Assembly: GCF_036321535.1 (NCBI RefSeq)
Contig: NC_087436.1
Location: 91,886,001 to 91,950,000, forward strand
Source: Camelus dromedarius
Lineage: Eukaryota
Reading direction: 5' to 3'
DNA length: 64,000 nucleotides
This document shows positions 28,206 through 40,820 of this stretch, one piece after another. A program made the position numbers and the translations under genes. Below the pieces are notes generated by a model. That model was not told where the DNA came from. It saw only the letters and a program-made list of their open reading frames with translations, and made no database searches. Positions within the stretch are counted from its first letter, which is position 1. Each line of letters starts with the position of its first letter.

Positions 28206-28609
28206 AATTATTGCCAGAAAAGACCGAGAGGGTCACAGGGTCCTGGATATGTATTTGTCCTGTCTCCCTGAGCCTGGCAATGCCTTTCTTTCCTTTCAAG
28301 CGTGCATGCACTAATGAGCTAGATTCTCTGGGAAATACAGAGAAAACTGGCACAGACAGATTTAAAACTTTGGCCAAAATTACAAGGCCATTTAGGGGAA
28401 GATCTAGTTTTGGAACCCAAGGTGTTCATCCTTTTCCCACAGACTACAGTTTTATTCAACAAGAAAACTATGACCAATGACCCAGGGCACAGAGAACACA
28501 AAGTTCAGGGGAAAACTGGAACAGTACACAGCCACTCAGTTTTCTGAAACGCACAGATGTGTTGATCAATTTCAGAGTCACAGTCACTTTATAGAATAAG
28601 ACTAAAACT

Positions 28610-29250
28610 CTATCGGGCATTTACTATGTGCCGGGCACTGTGCTCAATGCATCACCTGCATTATTTTTTCCAATCCCCTAACTCCACTGAGAGATAGAAA
28701 CTATAAACCCCTCACTGTACAGATGAAGAACAGAAGCTACACTTGGAGGTACCCTGGAATCCCCTGAGGGAAGAGGGATTAAAAATGCTGAAATCTGAGT
28801 CTTATCTGGTGAATTTTTTATTTAACTGATGTGGGGTGGGGTTTATGAAGCAGGAATTGTTTAATCTTCCCAGATGATTCTAATATACAGCACAATCTGA
28901 AAGCCACTGGGGTAAGTTACAAGCCCAAGGCCAAACAGACAGGGCAGATGCTTGAACCCAGGTACAAGCATTTAGGTCAAACACATGAACCCAGGTGGCA
29001 CAGCTAAGCCTTCTGTACTAACAGAACACTATATTATTCTGCCTCTGCTTTGTGTGCATCCAATGGCATTTCATGCTCACAAAGATGGTTAAAGCAGGCA
29101 GATTTATCTTCATTTTACAGATGAAGCACCTGAGGTAGCAAGTTGACTAACTTATCAAGAGACATTGCAAATCGTTGGCAGAGGTTGGATTTGAACCCAA
29201 GACTTTCTGGTGTCAAAGCCGTGAACCCTGGAGTATAACACCACTATACT
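28610..29250. mobile_element. MIR fragments with a nested MER5-like element (about 28750-28910)
   Basis: gggcatttactatgtgccgggcactgtgc; cattttacagatgaag; cccagatgattctaatatacagcacaatctgaaagccactg. Confidence 0.65.
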
Positions 29251-29881
29251 AGAATCTTCACTGTGCACAGTAGAGAGGTAGAAACAGCAGGGGATTAAGA
29301 ACTTGCTCAGGCTGAGAAGCTGATATCTTTATCCCCCTCTATTGTGATACAGGAAGAAATAAGTTCCTATCATTGCAGTGTATTTTCTCAGACACACATG
29401 CAGAATGATGCTTAATATTGATATAGAATTAAAAGAATGCCCTCCTTATAAAACTTCAGGAACATGAGGCTTAAATTAATTTCTGCAGACCGGCCTGATG
29501 ATCTGGGTATCATTTACAGCATTACTTCTATGGGAAAATAACAAATTCACAAATGAGCTTCTGGGTGACAACTGCAAGGTGGGGGACTCTCTGCACTGTA
29601 TAAACACCAGATGTGAATATTATAACTGCTAATTTGTGTATGTAGAGAGAGACGTAAAATGTAAATATAAACTGAATTCATCTATTTAAAAATATCAGAC
29701 CATGATACCCATTTTTTATCCTCAGAGGCCGACAGAATGGTTTTCAAATTTGCACTGTAGCACTAAAGATTGTTTCTTGGAGATACATTTCGCTATTCCT
29801 GGCAGCTAGCATCTGTCATGGGAGCCACATATGGTGACTTGGTTGGTGAAGTGCTAAAGAATTAGAGTGGGAAGCACCCAC

Positions 29882-29952
29882 CTGATTCAATTAGTCATCA
29901 GTCATTTCAGACGTATCGAGCTTTGTTTTGACAGCCAGGGCCTTTGCACTAA
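29882..29952 (-). pseudogene. Internal exon, 71 nt: (V)SAKALAVKTKLDTSEMTDD*LNQ
   Basis: Acceptor CTGTTTATCTAG|, donor CAG|GTGGGT. Phase 1 to 0 bridges the 32499 and 26550 exons; one in-frame TAA. Confidence 0.55.
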
Positions 29953-30439
29953 CTAGATAAACAGCCGGTGTTCCCCATTGAGGCTCACAAAATGAAGGCC
30001 ACCCTTGATCTTATTGCTTAACTGTATAGTCTCTCCCCTTCTAGCAAGCCTGCTTCAGTCATCACAGTCTCCTCAAATTTCCCAGCAGCCATTTTTCTCT
30101 CTTGTTCTGGTAAAGCCCTCCTGCCCCACCCCGAATCCTATGTGTATTTTCCCTTTCGTGGAGCGGAGGACCAGCTTAAACGTCAGGTCTTCCTGGAAGC
30201 CCCCCAAAGGCTGCCGTGAGGAATTTCTCCTTCACATCTCCTGCATCCCTTTATCACAGAAGACTGTGGCTGCGTCATCCTGCTCACCAGAGGCCACCTT
30301 GCGTTCCCTCCATAAATGCAGGAATGCCTGCTCTCAGCTAAGGTGTCAGAAAGCGCTGGGCATTTAGAGGAGTAAAACCTGGATGCTCCTAGAATGGCAA
30401 GAGATACAATTACATAAACAAATTCATTATGATCGCGTT

Positions 30440-30935
30440 GAATCAGAATTGTTAAAATACTTTATTGCATTTATTTAAAAATAGATAATATACTTATAAG
30501 TAAGTTACAGAAATGTGAAAGAGTAGAAATTCTGCCTTTTACCTTTCTTCCCAGTTGTTCAGCTTCCCTCTCCAGAGGCAACCAAGCTAATGGTTATTGT
30601 CTATCCTTCCAGGAATATTCTATGAATATATAAGCAAGTATATATGTGCACATATACAGGCATATCTACATATATATAATTTAAACGAATTTTACCCCAG
30701 CATTGTAAAAAGCAAAACAAAGTTTTGCAGCTTGCTTTTTCACTTAATTCTGATATTTTGTATATCGCTTGATCAGTGCATAAAGAACTTTCTCATTTGC
30801 TTTTAAATTTGGTTATGTACTATTCTATCATAACAATAAATTTATAGATCCAAGCTTCAATTGAAGAGTATTTGGTAGTTCTCAATCTTTTGCCATTACA
30901 AGCAATACTATAGTGAACAACCTTATATATACATC

Positions 30936-30966
<31 letters not shown>

Positions 30967-31370
30967 TGCAATTGTTCTTACCTGAACTGCCCTAGAAAAT
31001 ATAAGAATGCCTATGTCCTCACACCCTTACCAACATGTTACTGAACTTTTGATCTTTTCCAATCTTATGTGGGAAAAAAATTCCATATCTCAGTTTAATT
31101 TGTATTTCTTTGATTATGAGTGAGTTAAGTCTCTTCTCATGTTTTAAAAAAATTTTTTAATTTCCCTTTTTCTGAATTTTCTGTATATATTTGTTCCCAA
31201 TTTTCCATCTGGTTGTTTCTTATTGATTTGGAGGAACAACATAAATCAAGGAAGTTACCCTTATATAAAGTGAGTTGTATATGTTTTTACCCTCAGTTAA
31301 TCATTTTTCTTTTGAATTTGCCTCGTAGAAATTGGAAAGTTTTATAAAACTGAATTTATCAATTTCAGAA
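30440..31370 (-). mobile_element. Old L1M 3' fragment containing (TG)n
   Basis: ccctctccagaggcaacca...cttgctttttcacttaa...ctcacacccttaccaaca...tttaatttgtatttctttgattatgagtgag. Confidence 0.7.
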
Positions 31371-31420
31371 TGGATGAGAACTTTCAAATTGTGACACAAA
31401 CCACAGAAGCCTTAACTAAA

Positions 31421-31757
31421 TTTTTTTTTTTTATTGAAGTATAGTTGATTCACAATGTTGTGTTAGTTTCTGGTGTGCAGCACAGTGATTCAGTTACACA
31501 CCTATATATTCTTTTTCACATTCTTTCCATTATGGTTTATCACAGGATATTGCGTATAGTTCCCTGTACTATACCATAGGACTCTGTAGTGTATCTATTC
31601 TGTATAAGTAGTTCGTATCTGTTAATTGGGAAGTCCTAATTTATCCCTCCCTGCCACCTCTGGCAACCACAAGGTTGTTTTCTACCTCTGTAAGTATGTT
31701 TCTGTTTTGTAAATCAGTTCATTTGTATCATCTTTTAGATTCCACGTATGCTATTTG
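31421..31757 (-). mobile_element. Short young L1 3' fragment with TSD
   Basis: T12 tail then ttattgaagtatagttgattcacaatgttgtg. TSD ttaactaaa at 31412-31420 and 31758-31766. Confidence 0.88.
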
Positions 31758-31914
31758 TTAACTAAAATTTGAAAGTATATCTGGCTTTCCAGCTAGAGGA
31801 GAGAAGAGAAATCACACCCTGGTTTTGGTTTGTTTCATTTCCACATGCATCTTACATATGACACAGCGGTGTATGTGAGACTAATTAGGCTTCTTTAGGA
31901 AGCAGCCAATGAAG

Positions 31915-32430
31915 ACTTGTTGTTCCAGTTACTATGGCTGAAAAACAAATTATCCCAAAACTCAGGGCAGAAAAATGCCATTTATTATGCTCATGGATTC
32001 CGTGAATCAGGAATCAGACAGGACACAGCGGGAAGGGATTAGCTCTGCCCCAGGATGTCTGAGGCCCTCTGCAGTCTCAGAGCTGGGGGCTTGGGATAGT
32101 ATTACAAAGGCTGAGTCAAACCCATTAGCTGGGACTGTTGCCTGAAGAGCCCTCGATAGGGTGCCGGCAGGCTGCTTGGTTTTCCTCACGATATTTGGTC
32201 TGGGTCCCAAGGGTGGGTGGAACAGAAAGAGCCAGCCAGACTGAAGCTGTAACATGAGACACAAAGCATCACTTCTGCTGGACTGCGCTGGTCAGAGCAG
32301 TCACAAGCCTGCCCAGTTTCAAAGGGAGAGAAGATGGACTCTACCTCTTGATTGCGCGTGGCAAGTTTCTGCAAGAGCATGTGTGACTGGAATACCACGT
32401 TGACCTTTTTGAAAAACACAATCTGTCATA
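31915..32430 (-). mobile_element. MaLR solo LTR (MLT1F/G-like)
   Basis: tgttccagttactatggctg...aaattatcccaaaactcag...tttattatgctcatggattc...gcagtcacaagcctgcccag. Confidence 0.75.
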
Positions 32431-32498
32431 CCTGTCCAGGGATCTGCCCTGCACATCTTCAGTCCAAACAACAGTCTCAGGTCACAGGCTGGACTCAC

Positions 32499-32657
32499 CT
32501 GTGGGGCCCATTGGATCAGAGGATGATGCCTGGCTTTCCTGTTGCAACAGGTAAAGAATTATCCCCGTGTCAATCCGTAGGGCAGGTTCCTGCACCACTT
32601 CTCGTGAGTCTGGTTAACGAGGTTGCTATCTCCTTCATCAAACTTCTCAGGGCAATA
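32499..32657 (-). pseudogene. Internal exon, 159 nt, 1-nt frameshift: YCPEKFDEGDSNLVNQ.../...LRIDTGIILYLLQQESQASSSDPMGPT
   Basis: Acceptor CTGTTTCTTGTTTCTACCAG|, consensus donor CAG|GTGAGT. 5' part open in phase 0, 3' part open in a shifted frame ending in phase 1, which implies a 1-nt deletion. Confidence 0.7.
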
Positions 32658-33119
32658 CTGGTAGAAACAAGAAACAGTCAGTTCTTACTTATCTAGGACG
32701 ATTTCTTTTCTTCCCCCAACCCCCGCCCCTGCCACCCCATCTTCTGCTGGTGAATTTTGTGTTTATTATTATTTTTTATCAAATAATGGAGAAGATAAGA
32801 GGAAAAATTCCCATCAGCTCACTTGATTATGCATTAGTCACTCTGGCATGGTTGGTGCTCAGTTAAAAAAAAAAAAAAAAAAGAAGCTATTTACCAAAGG
32901 CAGAGTGTGCAGATTATCTCTGGGTTTCAATTATCCATATTTGTTTTCTTTTGCCCTGATTAGCATCATTGACTAATCCCATTCTTAAAAAGAATTTTAT
33001 ATAAGGACTCAATTATTTCATATGGAATATATTTTGCTCAGTTAAACAAGTTAACAAATGCAGTCTTTCATTTGGCTGAAATATACAAGCATATTTTAAT
33101 TAGAAAACAAATAAAAATA

Positions 33120-34023
33120 GGCACATGAAAATAAGTTCAATATTGCTAATTATCAGAGAAATACAAGTCAAAACTACTATGAGGTATCACCTCACACCAG
33201 TCAGAATGGCCATCATTAAAAAGCCCACAAATGATAAATGCTGGAGAGGGTGTGGAGAAAAGGCAGCTCTCCCACACTGTTAGTGGGAATGTTGTTTGGT
33301 GCAGCCATTATGGAGGACAGTATGGAGGTTCCTCAAAAGACTAAAAATAGACTTACCATATGATCCAGCAATCCCATTCCTGGGCATACATCCTGGGGGA
33401 ACTTTAATTTGAAAATATAAGTGCACCCCAATGTTCATAGCAGCACTATTTACAATAGCCAAGACACAGAAACAACTTAAATGTTCATTGACAGATGATT
33501 GGCTAAAACATTGTGGTATATTTCTACAATGGATACTACTCAGCCATAAATAATAATAAAATAATGCCACTTGCAGCAACATGGATGGACCTGGAGATTG
33601 TCATTCTAAGTGAAGTAAGCCAGAAAGAGAAGGAAAAATACCATACGATATCACTTATATGTGGAATCTAAAAAAAAAAAAAAGACACAAATAAACTTAT
33701 TTACAAAACAGAAACAGACTCACAGGCATAGAAAACAAATTTATGGTTACCAGAGGGAAAGAGGGTAAGAAGGGATAAATCAGGAGTTCGAGATTTTTAG
33801 ATACTACTATATACAAAATAGATAAACAACAAGTTCATACTGTATGGCACAAGAAACTATATTCAATATCTTGTAGTAATCTATAATGAAAAAGAATAAA
33901 GAATATATATACGTATATATGTGTATGCATGTGTATGTATAACTGAATCACTAAGCTGTATACCAGAGACTAATACAATATTGTAAATGGACTGTATTTC
34001 ATTAAAAAAAGAAAAAGGAAAAA
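33120..34023 (+). mobile_element. 5'-truncated young L1, about 0.9 kb, with about 18-bp TSD
   Basis: gaggtatcacctcacaccagtcagaatggccatcattaaaaag...A-rich tail. TSD agaaaacaaa(t/c)aaaaata at 33102-33119 and 34024-34041. Confidence 0.92.
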
Positions 34024-34933
34024 AGAAAACAAACAAAAATAAAGCTATTGGTTTATCACTATGGCTTTTTGCTCAACAGCACTAAGAAGTACATTAAATG
34101 TGAAAACAGAAATTGCAAATGTCTTAAATTGAGTAGCTAAGGTATATAGTGTGTTTGGTATGTGAGTGGACCGAACTGGGAATGTGGAGTGAAGACAAAG
34201 AACTACCACGGGCAATTGTCTTGATTCCAATAGAGTAAAAAAACAGTGCTCACGGGACACCAATAATCTATTGATTTAGAAATTGACAGAGGTAGTCAGC
34301 AGACGGGGTAGGGAAGCAGGGAATTCAGATCATAGAACTGCGACAATCATCGTAGATAATACTTGTAATGCAGCAGACACCAAAAGACTGAGCCATAAAG
34401 GCGGGACCTCATGTCTCAAAGGGTGGCCAGCAACTACCTGTAAGCCAGCTGTACACGGGTCTCAGTAAAAACCAGTGGGTGCATCATAGCTCTTAGTAAA
34501 AGTGGTACATTTGTTTCAGGAGAAGCAAATAGCTTTAAACTAGCTTCTAGGAAAAAGTCAGATTCTACTCATTGAAGAAATGGGTAGTTGAGATCAGATA
34601 CTGAATTTATGAAACCCTGAGATCAGACACACAGAAGAGGAGATTCAGGGTACAAACCTAGTAACCCCAGAACAAGCATCAGGCCATAGGCTTCTAGAGC
34701 TGAGCATAGGATTTAATGTCAAGTCCTCATCCGTTCTTTAGAAAAGATGATTTTTTACAATCATTTCCACATTGCTCCTTTGCAGATTGGCTTAAAAACT
34801 TGGGAAAGGTTTGAATCTGTCTAAGCGGGAGAAAGGATTCAAGGGAAGCTATGAGAAAGCAGATTTCAAGAAAAAGAGGCAGCTGCAGAGAGCACAGTTT
34901 AAAAGACGCTGTAACAAACAGAATGATGCTGAC

Positions 34934-35134
34934 CTCTGAAGCATCCGTTATTTCTTTCCAATAGATCATCACTTTCATCAAGTCTTCTTGAAAAATTGAA
35001 CTCTTCTTGATTCCTTTCAGTGTTTCAGTGTCCGCCGGAAGGGGAAGTAGGCTTTGACTCTCTGACAGGACTGTCACTTTGGACCTTGCAAGCAGCCGCT
35101 GCACGATGCATAACGTTTTACCCCACTCAGCCTC
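34934..35134 (-). pseudogene. Internal exon, 201 nt, open: EAEWGKTLCIVQRLLARSKVTVLSESQSLLPLPADTETLKGIKKSSIFQEDLMKVMIYWKEITDASE
   Basis: Acceptor CTCACCCATTACTAG|, donor GAG|GTCAGC, phase 0-0, 67 open codons. Overlaps ORF 34727..35104 in frame. Confidence 0.75.
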
Positions 35135-35856
35135 CTAGTAATGGGTGAGGATAATTGGACACCATCCTCTCAGCAACCAGAGCACCATGACACCTGATTT
35201 TACATTTTGTGCCCATTTCGTAACAAAAGGGACCATTACAAAATCCCTCATGCTGCCCTGAGCATGTTTTAAATCTGTTATAAAACTTAATTACAGCTTT
35301 TTACACTGATTTTGTGCCCTATATAATCCAAATCATTCCACGTTTCAGTTTTATTTTAAGACTTATACTCAGCTCTGATCTTTAGAATCATTTTATCCCC
35401 CTCTCTCAAAGTATTTCATCCCACCTGCAAAAAAAGTACTGATTATTTCAAATTGTCTTCTTATATGAACACGTAGGAAAAATATATATATATATGTTTC
35501 ATGTATCATTTGAGTGTCATGCAGTGCTTTACTGAGCCCAGCGTTATTCTAGTCTTCATATTACATTTTATGGCACAGAGACATATATAAAATAATAATG
35601 ATATTTCACATCTATTGAGGATTTATTACATAACAGTCACTGTTTAAGAGTTTTATATGTAATATAAATACCTCACTTTTATATGTATGTCTCAAATATA
35701 TAAAATAATACTGATTTTATCTATAATATCTCATTTAAGTCTAACAACAAACTTACAACATTTAAATGTAAGTTGGAAGAGTTTAATGTGATTAAAACTG
35801 TCAAAAGGAAAGAAGCTGAGTCCCTCCTCTTAAACAGATTAGGCTTCAGCCCTCAA

Positions 35857-36009
35857 CTGTCTAAGATCTTTAGCCAAATCAATGTTTCCTCTTCCTTCAG
35901 CAGGGAACTCCCTCCACTGATGAAAGGGTTTGTAGGCTGCAGCCGTTCTTTGTACACTAATTGCATGGCTGAATACTGCCGTGTCCTCATTTGTGATACT
36001 AGAATCGTT
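35857..36009 (-). pseudogene. Exon (or 3' part of a larger exon starting at 36267): NDSSITNEDTAVFSHAISVQRTAAAYKPFHQWREFPAEGRGNIDLAKDLRQ
   Basis: 51 open codons after TTCCTTCTAG|. Ends CAG|TTGAGG, one substitution from the donor CAG|GTGAGG, in phase 0 matching the next exon. Confidence 0.6.
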
Positions 36010-36503
36010 CTAGAAGGAACTATGGAGATACCACTACTGATCGTCAAGAGCTTATTATCCGAAAAGATTTAAAGATCAGAGTCAAACTCATGTCATAGTT
36101 GCACTCTGGACCTTTGTATCTCGTGTTAGTACTGGACCAGCAGATAAGTTGTTTCCGCTCTAAGGCTAGCGTCTACTCTCATTTGATATCGCTATTCTTT
36201 TGCGTGGACAGTTTACTTTTATATTTCACCCTAATCCACATCAGTGTAAATGTACAAATATACTTACCTACAGAATGAGAGTAAAGGAGTTAACTGATTT
36301 CAAACTACTATAAAAAGCTAGGGCTTTGTGGCTGGGACTGTGGCAATTTGAACATTATATGCTACTTGCCAGTTTTATCATTTGTTCACAGCTAGAAGTT
36401 TGAGGCTTTTCTAAAAAAAGTATATAGTCAGTGGTGGGATAAAATAAAGAAGTTTTTATTCAAGTAATCAATTTATTCCTCCTTAAGTTTATGGGACAGA
36501 ATA

Positions 36504-36878
36504 CAGTCCTTTGGTATCCTAGGGGGATTGATTCCAGGCACTATCCCCCCAACCCCTCACCTTCTTGGATAGCAAAATCCATGGATGCTTAAGTCCCTTA
36601 CATAAAATGGCATAGTATTTGCATGTAACCTACCCACACCCATCATCTTGTACACTTCAAATCATCTCCAGATTACTTTTAATACCTAATACAGTGTAAT
36701 GTAATTTCATTGTATTAATACAATGGAATGGAATGTAAATGCTATGCAAATAGTTGCTAGTGCCCCCAGAAAATTCAAGGTTTGCTTTAGGGAACTTACT
36801 GAATTTGGAGGGAATGTTTTTGATCCTCAGTTGGTTGAATCCATGAATGTAGAACCTGTGTATATACAGGGTTGACTA
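36504..36878 (+). mobile_element. MER2-like TcMar-Tigger MITE
   Basis: cagtcctttggtatcc..gggggattgattccagg...aaaatccatggatgcttaagtcccttacataaaatggcatagtatttgc...gttggttgaatccatgaatgtagaacc. Confidence 0.85.
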
Positions 36879-38149
36879 CACGTAGCTTCTGTAAAATACT
36901 GTCAGAAGAGGTCTGTTGAGAAGGTGCTCGATGTTTGTTGAGTGAATAAATGAAAACAAGAGAGGTAATTGTACTGAAAGACCAGGAGAGAGAAGGCGTT
37001 CACTAAGAGATGGGAATTAGAGAAGAGGTGAGTGATGTGTTAGCCATACTGAGGCCAGGCAGGCTGGAGAAGGAGATCATTTAAAAGAGGGAAGAAGACG
37101 AGATCAACAATACGGGCATTGGAATGAATGACTGTGAGCAATGGTGGTCTTAACAGCGCTGGACCAAAACAAAACAAAAAAAATGAGAGCTTGAGAAGAA
37201 GGTAGTGGCGGTTTTTGCTGGGGCCCCTTCCTAATGTATAAATGACAGTCAGAGATGAAGGAATGCTGCCTGCAAACAGCATGTTCCCAAGAAGAAAAGA
37301 AGGGGGTGGAATCCCTAGCATTTCCTTCAAAAACTCACTGTTGAGGTTAAGTCTCTCCTCACGTGGGGAGGACTGAATGATGGTTTCCACGTAACGTAAG
37401 TTATCCTAATAGAGGACCTTCCCACAGAGGAGGAAACACCCGGCAGGGAAAGAGGTGTTTTCCCATGAACATTTCCCAGTTTGTCGGCTTGCTCCTGCCG
37501 TGCCACTAAGTCCTAGACTGAGGAGAAGAACGGCAACCCTTTCCCCCACTTAATAAAGCAGCACCCCAACACCAGCTGCTGATCTTTAGAGTTTTCTTGT
37601 AAGTCAAGGGATAAAGCCCCCCAGGGGACTCAAGGATCGCTATGAGAATTCAATCCCAAGGCCCTGCTGTACCCGAGTTTGTAAATTGATTCCCAATTCT
37701 ATTTACCTTCCGTCTTAGGTTGAGTTCAGTGCCTGAGCTCAGGATTTCTGGGGAAGTGCTTTATAAGGAAGTTTGCTCCATAGTAACCAGTCATGGAGGA
37801 GGAGGAGCAGGAAGGGGAAGGGGAAGAAGCCAAGAAAGGGTGTGATTCCAGATGGAGTCAAGACTCTGCCTGATCCCACAGGGCTGTTCAGGATTTTATG
37901 TTCTGCCCACATAAAAATGCATGGAAATTTTAACAGTCTCAGATTAAATTTCAATTGGTTGAATATCACAGCCTTTCTAAAAGCATAATTATGGCTTGCA
38001 TGTACCACAGTTTGTACCAAGTACATTTCTGCTCCCTGGGCTTCTTAAGAAAGAACATTGATTTTAAAATGATGTAGTACCACACCAATGTATTTATTAT
38101 GTATATTTGTTATATATACATATATTCACATTGTCATTGCAAAACAATT

Positions 38150-38525
38150 ATTTTAATAGTTTTTAAACAATCTTAAACTTACAGAGACTGATAAGCACAG
38201 TATGATTTTTTTCTTGAATCATTTGAGATCATGTTGCTAACCTAATGCCCCAACACGTCCTAATACCTGTGGGTACTTCTTTAAAAAAGGATATTCTTCT
38301 ACACAACCATGTAAACCAGGAAGTTAATACTGATACATTACTACTATCTAGTCCTCAGATCCTTTCAAGTATCACCAGTTGCCCCAATCATATCCTTTAT
38401 AGAAAAAAAGCTACTTATTTAGGATCATCTGTTACATTTGTCACTTGTTTAGTCTCCTCCAGTTGAATACTGCCCTCAGTTTTTCCTTGAATTTTGTGAC
38501 TTTGAACAGATTTATTATTTTGTAG
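38150..38525 (-). mobile_element. Old L1MC/ME 3' fragment
   Basis: aaggatattcttctacacaaccat...tactgatacattactactatcta...tttagtctcc. Confidence 0.6.
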
Positions 38526-38800
38526 ATATCTCTCCTTAATGTTTCTTAAATTACACCCCTCTTCTCCAAATCCATAACCAACAACCTTTTCTTTTTCAGC
38601 TTTCTTATCCAAATACTGCAGAAGTTTCTAACTGCTTTCTCTAGATCCATTTTGACTTTGCGAATCCTGTAGACCACTGTCTGAATGAATGTTCTAAAAT
38701 AAGTCCATCCATCCCCAGATTTAGAGCTATTAATATTCCACCTTCCTCCTAAAATCTCAGGATCAAGTGAGAAGTTAGGGCCATCAAAAGTTTGTCTTAC

Positions 38801-39105
38801 CAAGTAACCCAATCATGTGACCAGAATAGATCCAGACACTTTTATACAGCAATGTTCAAATATTTTAGGCAAGGGTCTCTTAAAGAAATTTTCTGTCAGT
38901 TCTTTATATTTTCCCAGACCACTCTGTTCTTGAACATGAGTATCTCATCCACTAAAAAAAAAAAAAAAAGACCATGTAATCTGCAGTTGTTGTCCATTCT
39001 GAGAGTTTGGTTTCAAAGCCTGGAATGCCACCATAAAACAAGACAATAGATCCTGACATCCGCGATTTTTAACATCCTTCCATTACACAACATTCACTCT
39101 GTCAT
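38801..39105 (-). pseudogene. Degraded exon, 305 nt, with frameshifts, stops and an internal T16 tract; includes SGSIVLFYGGIPGFETKLSEWTTTADYMVF and LVDEILMFKNRVVWENIKN
   Basis: Acceptor TTCTCCCCTTTTTAG|, donor TTG|GTAAGA. Protein-like stretches occur in more than one frame, so the frame is ambiguous. Confidence 0.55.
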
Positions 39106-40459
39106 CTAAAAAGGGGAGAATCAATCCTTCCCCAGCCATGGGAGTTGAATCAGCAAAATCACCCAAGAGGAGTGACATTATTGATATAAGAAGGTTTTCT
39201 TTTGTTGTTTGCAATGTATTTTTGAATGTTTCAACCTGAAATATCTCTTAGGTGCAGTTAGTTCTTCTAGAGCAGTGGTTCACTATAGTTAGTGTTTGGT
39301 TTTGTCTCTGTTTTACTAAGAGATTAAAAAGCATCCTGCAAAGCCATGCTACTTCTTGACTTTGGCAAAAGGATTTCTTCAATAAAATTGCTGTTTGGGA
39401 TAAAATAAAATCTCATGTAGATGAAATTAAAAGTCTAAATATTTATGATTAATTTTAGGAGATTGGCAGACCCTTATCTATAACTTCATAATGTTTTGAA
39501 AGATTTTTCAGTCTTTATTTTAAGCATCATAAAATGGGAGTGTCTTGAATCATAATGTCATAAATTGTATTCAAAACTTTTTTTCAAAGTGGTCAAATAT
39601 TTAATGGGTCATGTATTTTTGCATACTAGAATTTATCATGTAAATTTACCATACAAAATGTCAGCAGATCAAAAATAAGTGATTAAATATACACTCACTT
39701 TCCATTGTGTTTGGCATCAAAAAGCTACAAAGTAGAGAGTTTACTACTATGTCATTGCTAGAAAATTTTATGATCTATTACTATTTTCTCTTCTTAATAG
39801 GATCATCCTAGTTATTTGATTTACTTAATCGAATTATTCTAAAAATGACCATTATCCAAAAACAAACAAACAAAAAAACAAATAGGCATGTAGGCTTAGA
39901 TTTCAAATATTTTTATAGTTTATATACTAAATTGAATATAAAAAAGAATTATCTCACAATAATTCATTTCCAAGACAGTATTTGCAGACTGAGGACATAT
40001 ACTTTCTGACAAAATGACTCCATTTTGGTTTTTTTTAAGCCAACCACAAGATAAATTCTCAAAAACTTGAACAAATGTAGTAAGCCCTACATCACTTTGC
40101 AAGTCAGGAAATTCCTAACAGCACTTCATTTTCTTTTTCACTTTATAACATAATGAAACAAATACGAAAGCAAACTTTTTATTCATTTATTCATTCAACT
40201 ATTTATTGATGAATTTCTATAGGGCCAGTTAACTATTAGATATATGTGTGTTTTTTATGTTTATGTTTCTGAAGGTAAAATATATAATCAAAATCATTAT
40301 TCAGAAATAAAGGAAGAGATGAAATGTTTGTGAAATAAACAACCTTGAAGTAAAAGGAATGGACATGAATGATTTAGGTAGACTAGAAAAATTGATTGAA
40401 ACAATCCAGTAACTCATCTGAGAGTTTGACTCCACCCATTTGAATACTAATCACAAGTC

Positions 40460-40820
40460 ACCTGTGGTAGACACGGACAAGTGCTGCTCATTTTCCCTTT
40501 TAATGAAAAACTGGGTATCTAGCTGCAAGGAATGTGGTCAGCGGAGTGCCTCCAGCTCTCTCCCTCAGGATCTGCCTTAGCTGCAGAGACCCACCTCACT
40601 GCCAGCCAGGCCATCCTGGGGCAGCCCACATCCAGTCTCTTCCCAAAAGTGGGGGGGAGGGTCCACAACTTGAGCCATTTGGAAACAGAAAGGGACATGT
40701 CCCTAATGAGTTAGCTGAGGCTTCAAACCTCTAGACCTGCATCACAGTTCAGCTCCTCCCTCTACCCAGCCCTGCTTCATCCATTTTCAAAGGCATCAAT
40801 CTCTACAAAATACCTTGTAT
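40460..40820 (+). mobile_element. ERVL LTR16-like fragment
   Basis: gctgaggcttc...ctgcatcacagttcagctcctccctctacccagccctgcttc. Confidence 0.55.

Noticed and set aside
29700..29853. Acceptor-like CTAATTCTTTAG just after the 29882 donor
   Set aside because: The implied intron is about 28 nt, too short to splice.
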